Source: Catajapyx aquilonaris (lineage: Eukaryota). Taken from it: 64,000 nucleotides of DNA. The notes beneath the pieces were generated by a model, which had not been told where the DNA came from, searched no databases, and was given only the letters and a program-made list of their open reading frames with translations. The stretch covers positions 1 through 64,000 of the forward strand of contig JYFJ02000808.1 of the NCBI GenBank assembly GCA_000934665.2, in the 5' to 3' direction. Shown in pieces: positions 1-13,600 of this stretch. The position numbers and the translations under genes were made by a program. Numbering within the stretch: position 1 is the stretch's first letter; the number at the start of each line of letters is the position of its first letter.

Positions 1-2936
1 GGGAACTGATATCTTAAAACGGAATATGCCAAAAAAATCCAAAAAATATGGGCGAATTTATTATGTAGTTTCCAAAATGAAGGCTAGTTCCCCATTAATC
101 ATGACTCGTGTGACCAGCTGTTGTCCAGCATTCAAAAACGTAATGAGTAAGTGACATATGGAGTAATTTTCTGGCAGTGAATGTTAAAATTTTCAGCAAT
201 AAAAATGTGCAAGTATTTTGCCTAACTTAATCTGGCAGTATAGTATGTGTTTTATGCGGATAGCAAATGAATTTTATAGTTATGCTCATAAAAACTGTAA
301 ACATGTTATGTGCATTGACGCTTTACGCAGAGCAGTGTCAGTAACTTTGAACGTGAGATGCCGACGGGGACATATACAAAAAAGCCACCCATACTCATAA
401 ACATTTTTACATTAAATTAAGTACGGTATATTGCAAGTATACGAGAAAGGTCAATCCTGATGTATAAGGTGTGTGCTTGTCAAAATAAAATCGTCAAATT
501 TTTGATAATTTTCTGCAACCAGCGGTATACTTAGGTTTCAAAACATACCAGTATTTTACGTACAGTATACCCATGATAATAAGAGTGAAAATCAATTTGA
601 TATTTTAACGAACCGGCTGTGCAAAATTGATGAAAGTATGAGCAGGAGAGGCCATCTGTTGCAATTTGCTCAAGTTTTGAAGGCGGCGCGGCGGCCCCCA
701 ATTTTTCAGTCGTGTAAGACGATGATCACACCTCACATGTGATCAGGTGCATTAATTAATAAGTCATGACAATTTTGTAACATTAACTACCCGTTTCATG
801 CCTATTCTTCCGGGATTTTTTTGCCGATACCTACAAATATCAGCCATATTTCCTTGAAAACGCAGCTAGAAAAACGGAACACAGCTAGTCATGTCCAAGA
901 ATTTGGGTCTTTGAAAATTAATGCTAATACGTATATCTGCAAAACATCACGAATATTTTTCTCGCGAACCATGCAAGAACCAGCAGGCTTCAAACTGAAC
1001 ATATTATAGAGATTGTGTGAGTCCAATAACTCCTGCCACCAAAATACTCAAATTCTTGGACATGTGGCATTGGCTTCTCACATATACGCATTTCTGTCTA
1101 CATTTTTGAATAAAACTAATTCCATAGGCACATCCTTCTCGTATCTATCTTATATTTAACCATTTGAGGCCTACGTGCATCATATGATCTCCTGAGCTTT
1201 TTTTAATTTGGCGCGCTAGGATGTGCATAGAGATTTCTAACTCTGAAGTTCCAAATGCTGTTCAATGCTCCTGTCATGTCTTGGATGGTGACTCAACTAC
1301 CATAGAGCATTCCCAGATTCCCCCCTACTTCCGCAAAGTTGAGTCGTATATGCCAAGGTCGTGTTGCTCCCGCGCCATCGTTTATGTAAACATGCGCCCT
1401 CTGTACAGGGTGCATCGTGAAGACTGGACCATTAGTGTCTCATAGTACAGTGTTGTGGGAATATTATGTAAGCTAGTTAGGCCTATCGACGTCCTGAGAG
1501 CCAGACGATTCTTTAAAAAATTATTTCTGGGACAAGCTCCATTATTCGGGAGTTATTGTACTTATATTTATTGACGAAATACAGGGTGTTCCAAGTTCGT
1601 GGGTAGTTTTATTTATCAGACATCAATATTATCACGAGTTATCCCTAATACTACCCAAAGTAGTTATTTTTCTGTAGCTTGTGCCCTGATTCAGTTGCCT
1701 CAGTATATACTATCAGGCGAGTTAGTGGCTAATAGAATAAGACACCTGGATCTGGGTACAACAAACTACAAAAAAACAACAGCTTTGAGCGAAATTTCCT
1801 ATAACAATAGCTATATAATAAAAGGCCCCACGAACTTGGTACGCCATGTATCGAAATATTCCAAAGATGGCAACAGATATAGCAACATAAAAAGAATAAA
1901 GTACCGACATGCAGTAACGCATAGCAATCCCCCCGGTGTTTTTGGCTGAACTTATAATCAACTCTATTCGGAATTACAAGTTCCACTGCATTATCCCAGC
2001 CAGCGGCAGACAATTCGGATTCCGACTGGAAGCAATCTAAGTGCAATTGGGGGGCTGGAACCCAGATTAGAGACGCATGTCCACAATGATGGCGGAAGGC
2101 AACTAAGCAGCGAGTGGGGCATGAAATGGCCACCTATAATAGGTGGTGCACTGGATGGTTCCAGGGGAGAGGAGGAGAGGGAGAGGGGGGTTGAAAAAGG
2201 AGGTGTCCCATCTGTCCAAATCTGCTAGTTGGCAACCCCCCCTCCCCCCAGTTCCTCTCCCCATCCCCAGTACCCGCCATCCCAACATCATTTGCAACGA
2301 TTACCATACCGCCCCGCCGCCATTTGCAATGCAAAACGCCCGGGTCTATCATAGGAATGGCAAACTTTCATTTAACCTCATCAAAGCCCCGGGGCCAAGT
2401 AATCCGACAGACCCCTATGATTTTGGGGAGGGGGAAGGGAGAGGGGGGGTATAACGCTGGTACAGAGTTAGGCGAGAAAGGAACCGATCTGAGCCTCAGA
2501 TAATGGCCACGAATCATAATGGGATTTGTTAGCCCCGGAGTGCCACGGCTTTATTACAAGTTTAATCGGGCGAGAGTGAGAGTGCGCAAGGGGGTGGATG
2601 GGTAGGTTATATAGGCCTGGGTTTTGGGGGGGAGGGTGGGAGGGGGTAGAAATATGACAGCTCCTCCCCAAACCACGCTCTACATACGAGAGTAGGCAGT
2701 TGGTAGGGGATTATATAGTGCCCCCCCCCCCCCAAACAGTGTTCCCCACGAGGCCCGAAGAGAGGGGGGTAACAATCGGAACACGTCATTCTTTGTCAAC
2801 GAGAAATTAATTGCCACCTATGGCGCCGTGAAGTAAAGAATAGCCGAGGAAAAGGTGCGATTTGCATCGATAGTTTGAAAAAGCAAATACTCTGGTTTTA
2901 TAAAAAACAACGAATGAACAGTAGTTAATTTGATAT

Positions 2937-3106
2937 TACAATTGAATCCGGATATAACAAACTTTCGCGGAAATCAGTCTGTTATAGCTGAATACACAAG
3001 CCACATGTTTCATATATGGGAGTTTGCCGGGACCGGCATTTCGAGTACGGCATGTTATAACAGAAAGTCTGTTATAGCCGGGGCTGTTGTATCCGGATTC
3101 AACTAT
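2937..3106. mobile_element. pogo/Tigger-like MITE
   Basis: TA-CAATTGAATCCGGATATAAC ... GTTGTATCCGGATTCAACTA-TA termini with internal repeats of GTCTGTTATAGC. Confidence 0.6.
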
Positions 3107-5250
3107 AATATATTTTAATTACTACTCTTGACGAGGTGCAATTAACCATACCGGTATTTGTAGTTCTTAATTTGCTAATAAAAAGACAACAATAGCGAAG
3201 ATAGCGAACAATAGCAAAAGAAATAGCGAAAAACTGTTTTCGCATTCGCATTCAGCATACCCTAAAAGGGGTTTATGGTCAACTTCCGGTGACTGGCCAC
3301 TTCCGGTTTTCCTGGTTAACTCTATCCGCTAAAGTCAAATCTGCAGGCAAGTGTCACATGAAACTGACAACATTCTATATATGTCGTTATTGTCCAAACT
3401 TAGCAATGAGAAAAAGTCTACTCGAATCACGCCAATCTCGTTGCAAAAATAATTAAGGCATATCTTGGTTAATGTAGAAAAATGATGTTAGTCGTCGTTG
3501 GATGAAATTATAATTAGAGTGACATGTACATCACATCACAGCATTTTGTGTAGTTAGAAACTCCGGGATATCTCGCCATACGCAACTGCACATGCTGATG
3601 CTTCCTACATCCATGTGTTTACTGCAAGCCTGCAAACGCACATAACTGACAACTTATCGCAACTTTCCCTGCTGATGCCTATATGTGCAACACCCCATAG
3701 CCCTTTGTTATATAGTCCCCTCAGCTCGAAAAATATACCGCCAAAAAAAATGGGCTCTCATCACAACATGACGTTTGGACGCAGCTAACCCAAACCAATC
3801 CGGGCGTTTTATCAGTGATCGACACCCCCCGCGAAATGTCAAATAAGGTCCCCCACCAAAACCCACCCATGGATCCCCCCACCCCCACCCCAGCAGCCAT
3901 ATTGCAGCTTCGCAACACTCTCTCCCCCCACATCCCAATTCCAGTGCCCGGATTTTTTTTTCTCTCCCTATCCCCAGGTCCGCCTTTACCCGGGGAAGCT
4001 CCATAATTAGCCCATTAAAGATCCGTCAGTTGTCAGCGGGCGGCCCGTTTATCAAAATAATATTGGAGCCGCTACAATATCATTAGCTATCAGATTTCCC
4101 CATCGCCATGGGTCACCAGACTCCCAAGTGTAGGGACACATAAAAAGTTTGGCAGTGGTGGGGGAGACCAGAGTATAGGAGGGGAACATGGGACACATCC
4201 TCACTTTCATTAGGACCAGATTGTCCATTTAGGGGCCTGCTATTTTTTTATTAGGAGAAATTGTGGTCATATGGATGGGTATAAAATATGGCGGAATTAT
4301 TACAGTATTACAATGTGTGATTATTATCTGGAGCGTCCCCAGCGCATTCTACTGGCCTGGTATGGAACTATATGATTGTTGTCCGGAAAACACTTCTGGG
4401 CACAGTTCATTTAAAAAAATATTAAGCACCTAACATTGACTCATATTTATTGTTTACTATTAAAACAAGCGGAAAATGCGTCCTCCTTCCACTTATAGTG
4501 AATGGCTGTTATTCCAACTTTTAAGTGGAAATTGACAGTATAATTTCATGGATATTCTGGGAGTGCATCAATATTATGCGGATTCATTGCAAAAACAGTG
4601 CACTTTAAGTTGCACATCGGAAAATGCATCGGGTTGGAATGACTGCCCATTTCCAGCTTCGCTGGCCTAAAACACACGATGCAACGGAAATAATAAAAGG
4701 CAAACAAAATATGGTAAACAAGCGTCCGGGAAATCCCGCACGGGCCGCATTTCAAACAGGATTTATTGTGTGAAAACGGCAACTGACACTCGTTTTCCTA
4801 CATTTTACATAAGCGGATTTGTGCAACACAACGTCAAGAATCATCGTTCGCTGTGTTGCAAAATGTGCCGGTATCACTCTGTTCCGTGCGTGTGAGTTGG
4901 TGCCTATAAATAGAAAATGTTCAAGAACAATATATGGGGCAGATCTTTGGCGACATCCTCCTTGGGAACAGTTGATAATCTTTACAGATATCTTCCAATT
5001 GACCCGAGTGTGTGCAATAATTCTTTTAAAAAGAAACCAGATAAGAAGTGCGTCAGAGATTGTTGTTTAAAGGCATGTAACTCGTTGCTTGTATGAATTT
5101 ATAGATATAGATATCGTCACTTACGAGTGGTTGTATATTTGTTGAAGGAAATTACAAGTGCCTTCTGGAATTTAGTGACGTGGTTCAATTGAGTGTTATT
5201 GCAGTCTATAAAAGGTGCTAATATGATAGCAAAGTTTTTCTCAACATGTA

Positions 5251-5530
5251 CAGTGTTGGATATGAATCGCGTCGTACTGCTAGCGACATTTTCCGATGCG
5301 GCAGACTTGCAAATCGAAGTGATAGCCATGCGAGAAAGAAATGGTAGGCCTTGGGTGACGTCACCGGTAGGGACAAGCCTTTTCTCAATTGTCCCCCAGC
5401 CGGTGACGTCACCCAAGGCCTACCTCTTCTGATTCGCACTGGTCGCACTCTATCACTTCGATTTGCACGTCTGCCGCTTCGGAAAATAGCACTAGTTAGC
5501 AGTATACGTCGCGGTTAATGTCCAACACTG
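5251..5530. mobile_element. Fold-back Tc1-like MITE in the Pitx intron
   Basis: TA|CAGTGTTGGA ... TCCAACACTG|TA; arms complementary over most of the length; inner GGTAGGCCTTGGGTGACGTCACCGG / CCGGTGACGTCACCCAAGGCCTACC. Confidence 0.8.
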
Positions 5531-5538
5531 TACCTGTA

Positions 5539-5774
5539 CATTCTTTAAAGAATGGTCGAGTGATTTTCACTCCTCCCACTCGCTTTGAGTCAATTACTCG
5601 AGTGAAAAATTATCACCCATTGTCTCATTTTGAGTGATAATACTCACTTAAAGATTAGTCTCCCTCTCATTTTCACTCTTCTTTCGATTTGAGTGAAAGT
5701 AAATCGTTGCGGAGTGAAATTCATTCAAAAATATATTTTTTGAGTGAATTTTTCACTCGCAAATTCTTAGAGGG
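5539..5774. mobile_element. Degenerate CACTA/EnSpm-like MITE with many GAGTGA/TCACTC subterminal repeats
   Basis: TA-flanked CATTCT...AAGAAT / ATTCTTAGAGGG ends; about ten GAGTGA or TCACTC units in both orientations. Confidence 0.45.
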
Positions 5775-7121
5775 TATACATGGTCATGCATACATAGACT
5801 TGTTTTAAATGTTAGGCACACAGCAAATGCAACTTCCTCTCCAACATTCTCCTTGGTTCAATGCTTCAGGGTCGATAGTCATTTTCAAATTGTCTTTTGA
5901 AGTGCAAGATGGCGGAAACGAGTCCCTGTCTGGGAAGTAAATGGCGGGAAATTTGGCGGTAGGCGAAATAATAAGAGTGAGGGGGATGTGTCTCGGTGGA
6001 GGGAAAATAATGTCAATCAAATGTAGGTTAGGTGGCAAGGCCTTAAGCCCCCCCCCCCTCCCCTAACCCGTGGCTTGGATGCTGGGAGAGAGAGAAGATG
6101 AGGGAGGTTGCGGGAGAGGACGTTAATATTGGGTCGGAGCGGCGCCAAGCGTGTCTCCAGGGAGGCCTAATTTCGCAGCCACCTGCCGGGCTGAATATTA
6201 AATCAAAGTCGTGACGTCACGCAAGACTGACACATTATTTTGTAGAAAAATAATAATAATTGTAGTTAATTTGAAGAAAAATCTGACAGTGAAATTCCAA
6301 AAAATCAAGGCTGATTAAGTTTCAAAAATCAAATATGACGTGCAGAAAGACAAAAATGGCTGAATAGAGCTGGCGGGAATAAGTGTGTCGGATAAGGATT
6401 GAAGCGCAAATGGCGAATCCCCCTGCTACTGGATGGTCAGGACCCAATAACGCTCATCATTCAGGAGCAAATAGGGTAGCGGGAGATAAGCGTAATGTTT
6501 TTCATTCAGCGCCACTATCGGTAATGGATTACGCCATCATTTCCATCACCGGCGGCTAATCCACTCTTTGCACCGACACATTCGATTTTCACTGCGGCCT
6601 TCCAACGCCGACCGGTTTTATTAGGCGAAACGGGACCCCTCATTTTGGGAAAGCATGCACACTTTTTTTTTGTTGTTTGCATCCCCCCTCCCTATATATA
6701 CCTCCCCCCCAATCCCAAATATCCGTTCAGTCGGACGTAACCGAACTGTCCTGTCGCCTGATGCATAAGAATCGAAATTCGCCACAATCGATTTGGCACG
6801 AGTTATTAATTATAACCCGGTCGTTGTATGTTCCACCAAGTGACCTGATACCGCATAAAGGTTAATGCCATTGGTCGTAATTAGGATGAAAATCATGGCT
6901 GAATGCGAGAGAAGAAATGGTCATTATTGAAGAAACACTGAGGATGTGCATTGTATGAATAACTGAAAGAGTCATTGAATATTCAATGGCGGACGTTGCA
7001 TCTATGTTTATTGACATAATCGGAGATTTAATCTTAATTTGAGTTGATATAATCAGCCCTGAATTATGATTTGGGGAAGGTAATTATATTGAATCGAAAA
7101 ATTAAGTGACAGTCACCTATA

Positions 7122-7398
7122 CATGGTGTTAATATCCTAAGCGTGTCACCAGAAAAGGTGGTGGTAGAGGGCGCAGGTGTGAGCATTTTTGCATAAGGAA
7201 CTAGGGGTCGGAAACGAACCCTCACCGAGTTACGCCCCTTTCAAGTTTGCGGCAGGCAGTGTGCAAGAGGCGTGCGGCACGCGGCCAAGTGACTCGGTGA
7301 GGGTGCGTTTCCGACCCCTAGTTCCTTATGCAAAAATGCTCACACCTGCGCCCTCTACCACCACCTTTTCTGGTGACACGATTAGGATTAACACCCTG
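7122..7398. mobile_element. Fold-back Tc1/mariner MITE in the Pitx intron
   Basis: TA|CATGGTGTTAAT ... ATTAACACCCTG|TA; ~110-bp near-perfect inverted arms around a ~55-bp spacer. Confidence 0.85.
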
Positions 7399-9579
7399 TA
7401 TTACAAATTCAAGGAAATATTATTTTACTCTCTTTATTTGCTGTATGTTGCGTCGCGTCGTCTAATAGTTGATGTAACAAACTGTTTTCTCAACACCTCG
7501 AAAACTATTTAATCCTCTGCCAACAGTGATGTCTGTCACGCTGCAACCCATTTGGACGTTACATTGTTCATGAACTATTGCAGCGAGTGCATGCACCCAG
7601 TGCTATATACGAGCGCATCGTATATCTGTCAGGTCCACGAAAAGCACGCGCATGGTGTCGAAACATTGATGGAAAAGTCCCACATTTCGAGTCCTGTACG
7701 GATTGTGTGGAGAAGAGTGGGTGCAGCTAAATATGAAATGAAATAACTTAAATGTAAGATTGGTTTTTCAGTACCTGAGTTAGACAACGGCTATTCGTCT
7801 TGTCTAATGCAACCAGTCCGTATATAATTTTTCTGCTAGTACAGTACGTCTACTACATGGTGGCAGCAATTTTTAAAATGAACGCACTTGTTTCCCATGA
7901 AAATATATGAGGCCAATAATGCCAGACTCTTTGTCAATGACGTCCCCCTCCCTCGAAAATATACTTTCAACTAAGGAAATGTCTGAATCCAAGTCACATG
8001 CACCTACAGCAACGCCCATCCTCCCCTTTTCTGCCTCCATTTCTCACTGGTGTGTAGGGTGGGTGGTGGGTGGGCTTGGCAGAGAGAGAGAGAGAGGACC
8101 CCCCAGGGTTCCCCCCGACGTCATTTCACCGCCGTCGTCGCAGCGAGGGGCCCCGCCGAAATGAGTTTCCGAATGCTCCCCAGACACCTTTTCGATCGCT
8201 AACTTAATTAAACTTTCTATGATGGATTTCTGGCACCACCCCCACACACACACCCATCTTTACTACAGCAGGACTACCTAACTGCTATTCTGCAGGCATG
8301 CTTTCTTCCGCGTACCTTTTTTTTTCTTCTTTTCCTCACTATTCGCCGTACCTTTCTCGACTGTCGTCTATCGTCTCTCGCTTTATGGCGTGTCGTCTTC
8401 CTATAAAATTTCCGCTCCCTTGGACCATCTTTTTTGGGTCGACTGCAGCAGTATTGAGCCAAGGAAGCACCTTTCTCTACCCCCTTTTTTTCGGTAGGTT
8501 GGTGTATAGAGTCTGATTCTGCAGTGAAATCAGGCTTCGGTGGTGATGAACCAATTTGCATATTTGGCTGAAGTCCCAGCAAGTTTCCACTGTTTCACCA
8601 GGATGTGATTGTTGATTGAATTGAAATACTGCTCCACAATGTTTAGAAAGGGATGATGATTGGATATTGTATTAAGTATATGTTGGTTGAAACAAGAAAT
8701 TAATTTCAGTCAGGTATATTTCTTCACACACTGATTAATAATAACCTCGACCAAAGTTCTGGCAGAGCCGAAAGCCTCGCAATTCGTCATCATAAAAGTG
8801 TCCGCATTGCACTGATAAGCAACGATAACCTTTTCACAAAGTTGCGGCGCACAGTTCTTTAGACGTCATCAACCGTGACGTGCCATAAGGTGGTACAAAA
8901 AAAAAGCTTGAGAGACGAAAAAAGAAGATGTGGAAATGGAATGACAGCTGGTAAAAATGGAAAGAAACGAAGCGAGATGAGGTTCGGAGGTGGAGACGTT
9001 GAGCTGGGAGAAGCACAATAAACGGAGGCGATTCTTCTTGCGTCTGTCACTCAAAAGGTGCGGAGCTGTAATTGGCCAATTTCCACGGCTTTTGACGCTC
9101 CTCCCTTCCCCCCAGGTGAAGGGAGAACGACAGGGAAGAAGAAAAAGGGAGTTCCAAGAAGGAATCCGATTTATGGCTTCCATCATGGAGCAAATTATAG
9201 GAGGATTTATTCTTATCACATCTGCAGTATACTGTATATATGGCTGGAACCAGTTGGAGTATATACTGCATGCTTCGCATCGTACCAAGCTTGCAGTGAA
9301 TGGGAATTTAAACGTCTATATAATATTAAAATCGTATTCGTCGTGTTTGTGTAAGCCTTACTGATTGGCCCGCTGCATATTGTTGCCGCGACGCTTCCGA
9401 TTGGCCCCCATTCTGCGCATGCCCAATGGGTGGCGGCAGCGCCTCTGGTGGACAGGAGGAGGAAACTATCTATTCGCTTGTATATGCATATTTTATTATT
9501 TTTAAAATATTTTACCACGTGATAGGCCTCAATGGGCCTTTTTGGGGGATGACACACTATACCATCAGTTTTCTAGTAC

Positions 9580-9840
9580 TTCTTCTTCACTCTCCGGTGC
9601 AAGGAAACAAGGACATTGCGGGTAATAAGGATAGGGATTTTCGGGGGACACGGGTGCAGGTGCAATGTCTCAAGTTTGGGCCATGTGCAGTCCCCCAGGA
9701 GGTTAGGTTGCCAGACACCTCCAAGGTGCGGGTCAGAGACCCTCCCGACGCAGGTGGAAGGGAGCTCCCAGGCGGGGATCGGACCTGGGACCTTTCACTC
9801 AGCAAGCCGACACGTTACCATCTCGTCCACCGCACCTCCC
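9580..9840 (-). mobile_element. tRNA-derived SINE in the Pitx intron
   Basis: Minus strand GGGAGGTGCGGTGGACGAGATGGTAAC (A box) ... CCAGGTCCGATCCCC (B box), followed by an unrelated body and a (GAA)n tail. TSD not clear. Confidence 0.65.
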
Positions 9841-10051
9841 CACTTGTACATGCATATAAAATATATAATACAATAATTATTTTAAAATGTGGCAGTGAAT
9901 AATGTTAACATTACTCTTCAACTGGTTGCTGGGGTGTATATAAGCAATCAACAGCCACTTCCTACATTAGTTAATTTTTTGTTGTGAATTAACTTGTCTT
10001 TTTGGGTGATGGCTCACGTAATAAGCCCATTTGTTCCGTGTCCTTCCTCAG

Positions 10052-10672
10052 GTGTGGTTCAAGAACCGTCGGGCCAAGTGGCGGAAACGCGAGCGCAACG
10101 CGATGAACGCAGCCGCAGCCGCAGCAGCCGATTTCAAGAACGGGTTCGGCAGCCAGTTCAACGGCCTGATGCAGCCCTTCACCGACACCGATTCGTTGTA
10201 CTCTTCCTACTCGTCGTACAACAACTGGGCGGCCAAGGTGCCGTCCCCACTGGGCACCAAGAGCTTTCCATGGGGCCTGAACTCGGTCAACGTGAACCCC
10301 TTGTCTTCGGTGGTGCCCAACCAGGGTTCGGTCCCATCCGTGGGCATCAACGGCATCAACTGCTTCAACACTGCGGCGGCCGCCACCAGTGCCATGAACA
10401 GTGCCGGCGGGATCATGCCCTCCGTGTCCAGCATGACCACCAGCCTGAGTGTGAGCAGCCCAACGGCCCAGTGCCCCTACGCCGCCCCGACACCACCAGC
10501 ATACATGTACGCAAGGGACCAGTGCTCCTCAATGTCCAGCAGCATCGCCCAACTGAGGCTTAAGGCCAAGCAGCACTCGTCCAGCTTCGGGGCCTACTCG
10601 CCCATGAGCCCAAGATCCAACTCGACCCTCTCTGCGTGCCAGTACGCCACCGTCGATCGCTCCACCGTTTGA
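10052..10672 (+). CDS. Pitx: Pitx (pituitary homeobox) terminal coding exon: homeodomain helix 3 plus C-terminal OAR domain; upstream exons lie outside the window
   Basis: Acceptor tccttcctcag|GTG. Reads VWFKNRRAKWRKRERN (K50 PRD-class homeodomain, with the intron at the conserved RVR|VWFKN position), the Pitx motifs FKNGFGSQFNGLMQPF, SYNNWAAK and CPYAAP, and OAR motif SSIAQLRLKAKQHS. Stop TGA at 10670-10672. No QRRQRTHF homeobox exon was seen in 1-10051. Confidence 0.96.
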   Translation: MWFKNRRAKWRKRERNAMNAAAAAAADFKNGFGSQFNGLMQPFTDTDSLYSSYSSYNNWAAKVPSPLGTKSFPWGLNSVNVNPLSSVVPNQGSVPSVGINGINCFNTAAAATSAMNSAGGIMPSVSSMTTSLSVSSPTAQCPYAAPTPPAYMYARDQCSSMSSSIAQLRLKAKQHSSSFGAYSPMSPRSNSTLSACQYATVDRSTV

Positions 10673-13600
10673 GACAAGGCCGCCCATGCGTCTTCGCCTG
10701 GGCATCATCAATACCAGTAGTGTGTGTACCCACTCACCGGTCATCAGCATTGTTTGGCTTACGTTCCCCACATATGTCCCGGACAATGCACAAAAATTGA
10801 GAGAAAAGCATGTTAACCGCCAGTGTCGGTTAACATGTTTTTCTCCCCAGCCCATTTTACTTCAGCGAGTAGTGGACACGCGTACTCGCTCAAGTGAAGC
10901 TCGTATTCCCCATGCACTATCCCCTTTCGGTTTTTAATAAGAACTCATGACTCGGTGCGTCCCCCCTCCCCCCCCCCCCTCACACTATTTATTCATATCT
11001 TGTAAAACGGCGTGAGCTTTTTTCGAGAGCCGGATCTGAGCCTTCCAAGAGCTTAGTTTTAAGCTTAAGTTATGCTTCGAGTGGGCGGTTGCTGTGGGTT
11101 TCTTTTTTAAAACCTTGGGAGTCATCGTACGGTTTTGATTAATACGGGAGTGGGTCATGTCCGGTTTGGTCTGACACCTCACTACTTCAGTTTTAATTTC
11201 ATTTTATTTGGACATGAGGTTGGGTTTTAAATAGTGGTAATTGACAGTCTTGCAATTAGGTTTTCTGTTCAATTTGATATTTGATACATTTACATGTGCG
11301 TTGTGGATGCAAACATTTTGCAACAATGCAATGCAAAATCCCACAATGCAAAATAGAAAAACCACAATTTTCATATTTTAAATTTATTACAATGAAATTA
11401 TTTAACTACTGCCATACACCATAAAACATGTGTAGCTAAAGTTATAATCACGTAATGAATTGATAATTTCATCTCCTTCACGCCATCACATTTAAATTAG
11501 TATAAGGCTGTCATTTACCATTATATACATCCGAGCCAAACACTTGTTTTACAAACACGATGCAATAGTCAACACTATCCAGGATTACTGTCAGGAAAAC
11601 TTTTTAATTATTCCCAGATGCCATTTATTTTTTAGTTACTCATTTTCTAACTTATTCAGCGGTGAAAGTTTTTCCAACGCCGTCTTCGTTGGCGACACAA
11701 AAATAAATGTGACAACCTGTGCCGGATAATGGTGGATAACTTGGGTGGTGTACCAACAATTGCATTACCACCCTTTTACTCCCCATCATTGTTTACGTGT
11801 CAAGACTTTCCAGACTGCTTTTCTTTTTTCATACAGATGAATATTGTATTTGGACTGAAGTGAATGAATTTAGAGAAACTAAGCACTGACAGTGTGGAGA
11901 AGTGACTTTACACTGAACCTCAACTCTGGTGTGATGGACTGAGAAAATATTGATCTCGTGGCGCAAAGAGGGTGGAAAAGAGAAAGAAAAAGAAAAAGAA
12001 AAAGAAAAGAAGGAAGGAAAAAAATAATGTGTGCGCACCCTTGGATTTTGCGTGCACTAGAACGCAACAATAACTTCGTAATTTTTTTGTCTAGCTGTAC
12101 ATTTATCCCCCAAATCGTTAGGTAAAACTTTTGGCCTCCTCATTGGCATGGGTTCAAGAAGGTAATGAGTATTTTGCATCATGTAGAACTTTTTTGGGAA
12201 AGGCCACTCTTTTCTCTAAATGGTGTGCAATGTTCGTAGCTAAAGTGGATCAAAACTAACCACCTCTCCGTGTGTTGTACATAGTTGTTATGATTTCAAC
12301 AGGAAAAAAATGACAGGATGTTAATGTACATTTAGTCATGTAACCTCCAAGTATTACTTAATAATTATGGCATTGTATGTGTATACATGGAATTATTTAG
12401 TACTACACAGTAAGTATATTCTGCGCTATACCTGTCGTTACTTCAGTTTCTTATTTAATTACCCCCGCCTTCTTGATTACAGCTTCTTCCCCATTCATCT
12501 TTGTTACAATATGCGTATGACGCAAGTTTTCTACTCATTGGTCAGAACAGTATCATATTACAGGACGTCATTTGTGTCCAATGTAAGGTAAGCCTCAAGA
12601 AGTAGCCCTTGAAAAAGATCTCGATAACGCTTATGCAACGTGGCTGTTGATAAAATCAAGTATTTGAATTACATCAGTGTTACTATACCCTCATGGTAAC
12701 AATTTGCACAAATTTTCAGCCTATATAGGGATGATTATAATGCTAAAGATATACCGGTAAGTTATCCTAACAGAATATCACACGCCCAAGTTATTCCGAA
12801 TGCCAATTATTCCCACTTGCATTTTTTATGGAAGGACCGAACTTAAGATGTAACATTTTTTTAAACAAAAAAAGAAGGGGGTGACATCCTGCAGATTATG
12901 TTAGCAGTCCTTGCAATCTCCAGGAATTTAGTGCCAAATTTAATTACTGCATATGAAATACCTCCACACTGCATGTAATCTGTAGTCCGATCTGAGTAAT
13001 CAAAAAAAAAAATCTCATCCCCCTGAAAGGCAAGGGGATGGGAGTTGCTGGGGGGGATACTCTGTTGTAAATCCTGGTTAGGGTTCTCTTCCCGAAAACA
13101 CATCCCGCTACCTCATTGGAACAGTAATGAGTCCGCAGTAGTAGCATAATGATTCCGGTTGGACGGACTATACCCCCCTGAAACCCTGAGAGACCTTTCC
13201 CTCCCATCCCTATATATACATCCCAGAACTAAAATCCAGCATCCACCAGGTCCTCTCCCTCCCCGCTTTCCCCCTCTCCCCTGGTCCTACTGTCACACGA
13301 AGAGGACGGGATTAAGCTCAGCGTATCTGTCATCTAAATGAAATGATACCTAAATCTAACATATTGAGGCGCCACTCCCAACATTTATATTCGCGGCTAC
13401 GTTTCGTACTTTGGGGAGAGGAAATGGGGTGATGCTCGCTTTGGGAAAACAGGCAAATTCATCAACAGTCCCTGGTGACATATTCTAACGTCTCCGAATT
13501 TGTATGGAGATGGGAATGGGGGGGAGGACACGAAATTGCAGCATATTTTTCCCGATAAACGAGCATGTTTTATTATACGTCTGTTAGTCACTGACTTTAG

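Noticed and set aside
10670..10720. Stop-codon readthrough of Pitx (TGA then DKAAHASSPGHHQYQ*)
   Set aside because: The context is TGA-G rather than the leaky TGA-C, and a 15-codon extension is expected by chance; comparative data would be needed.
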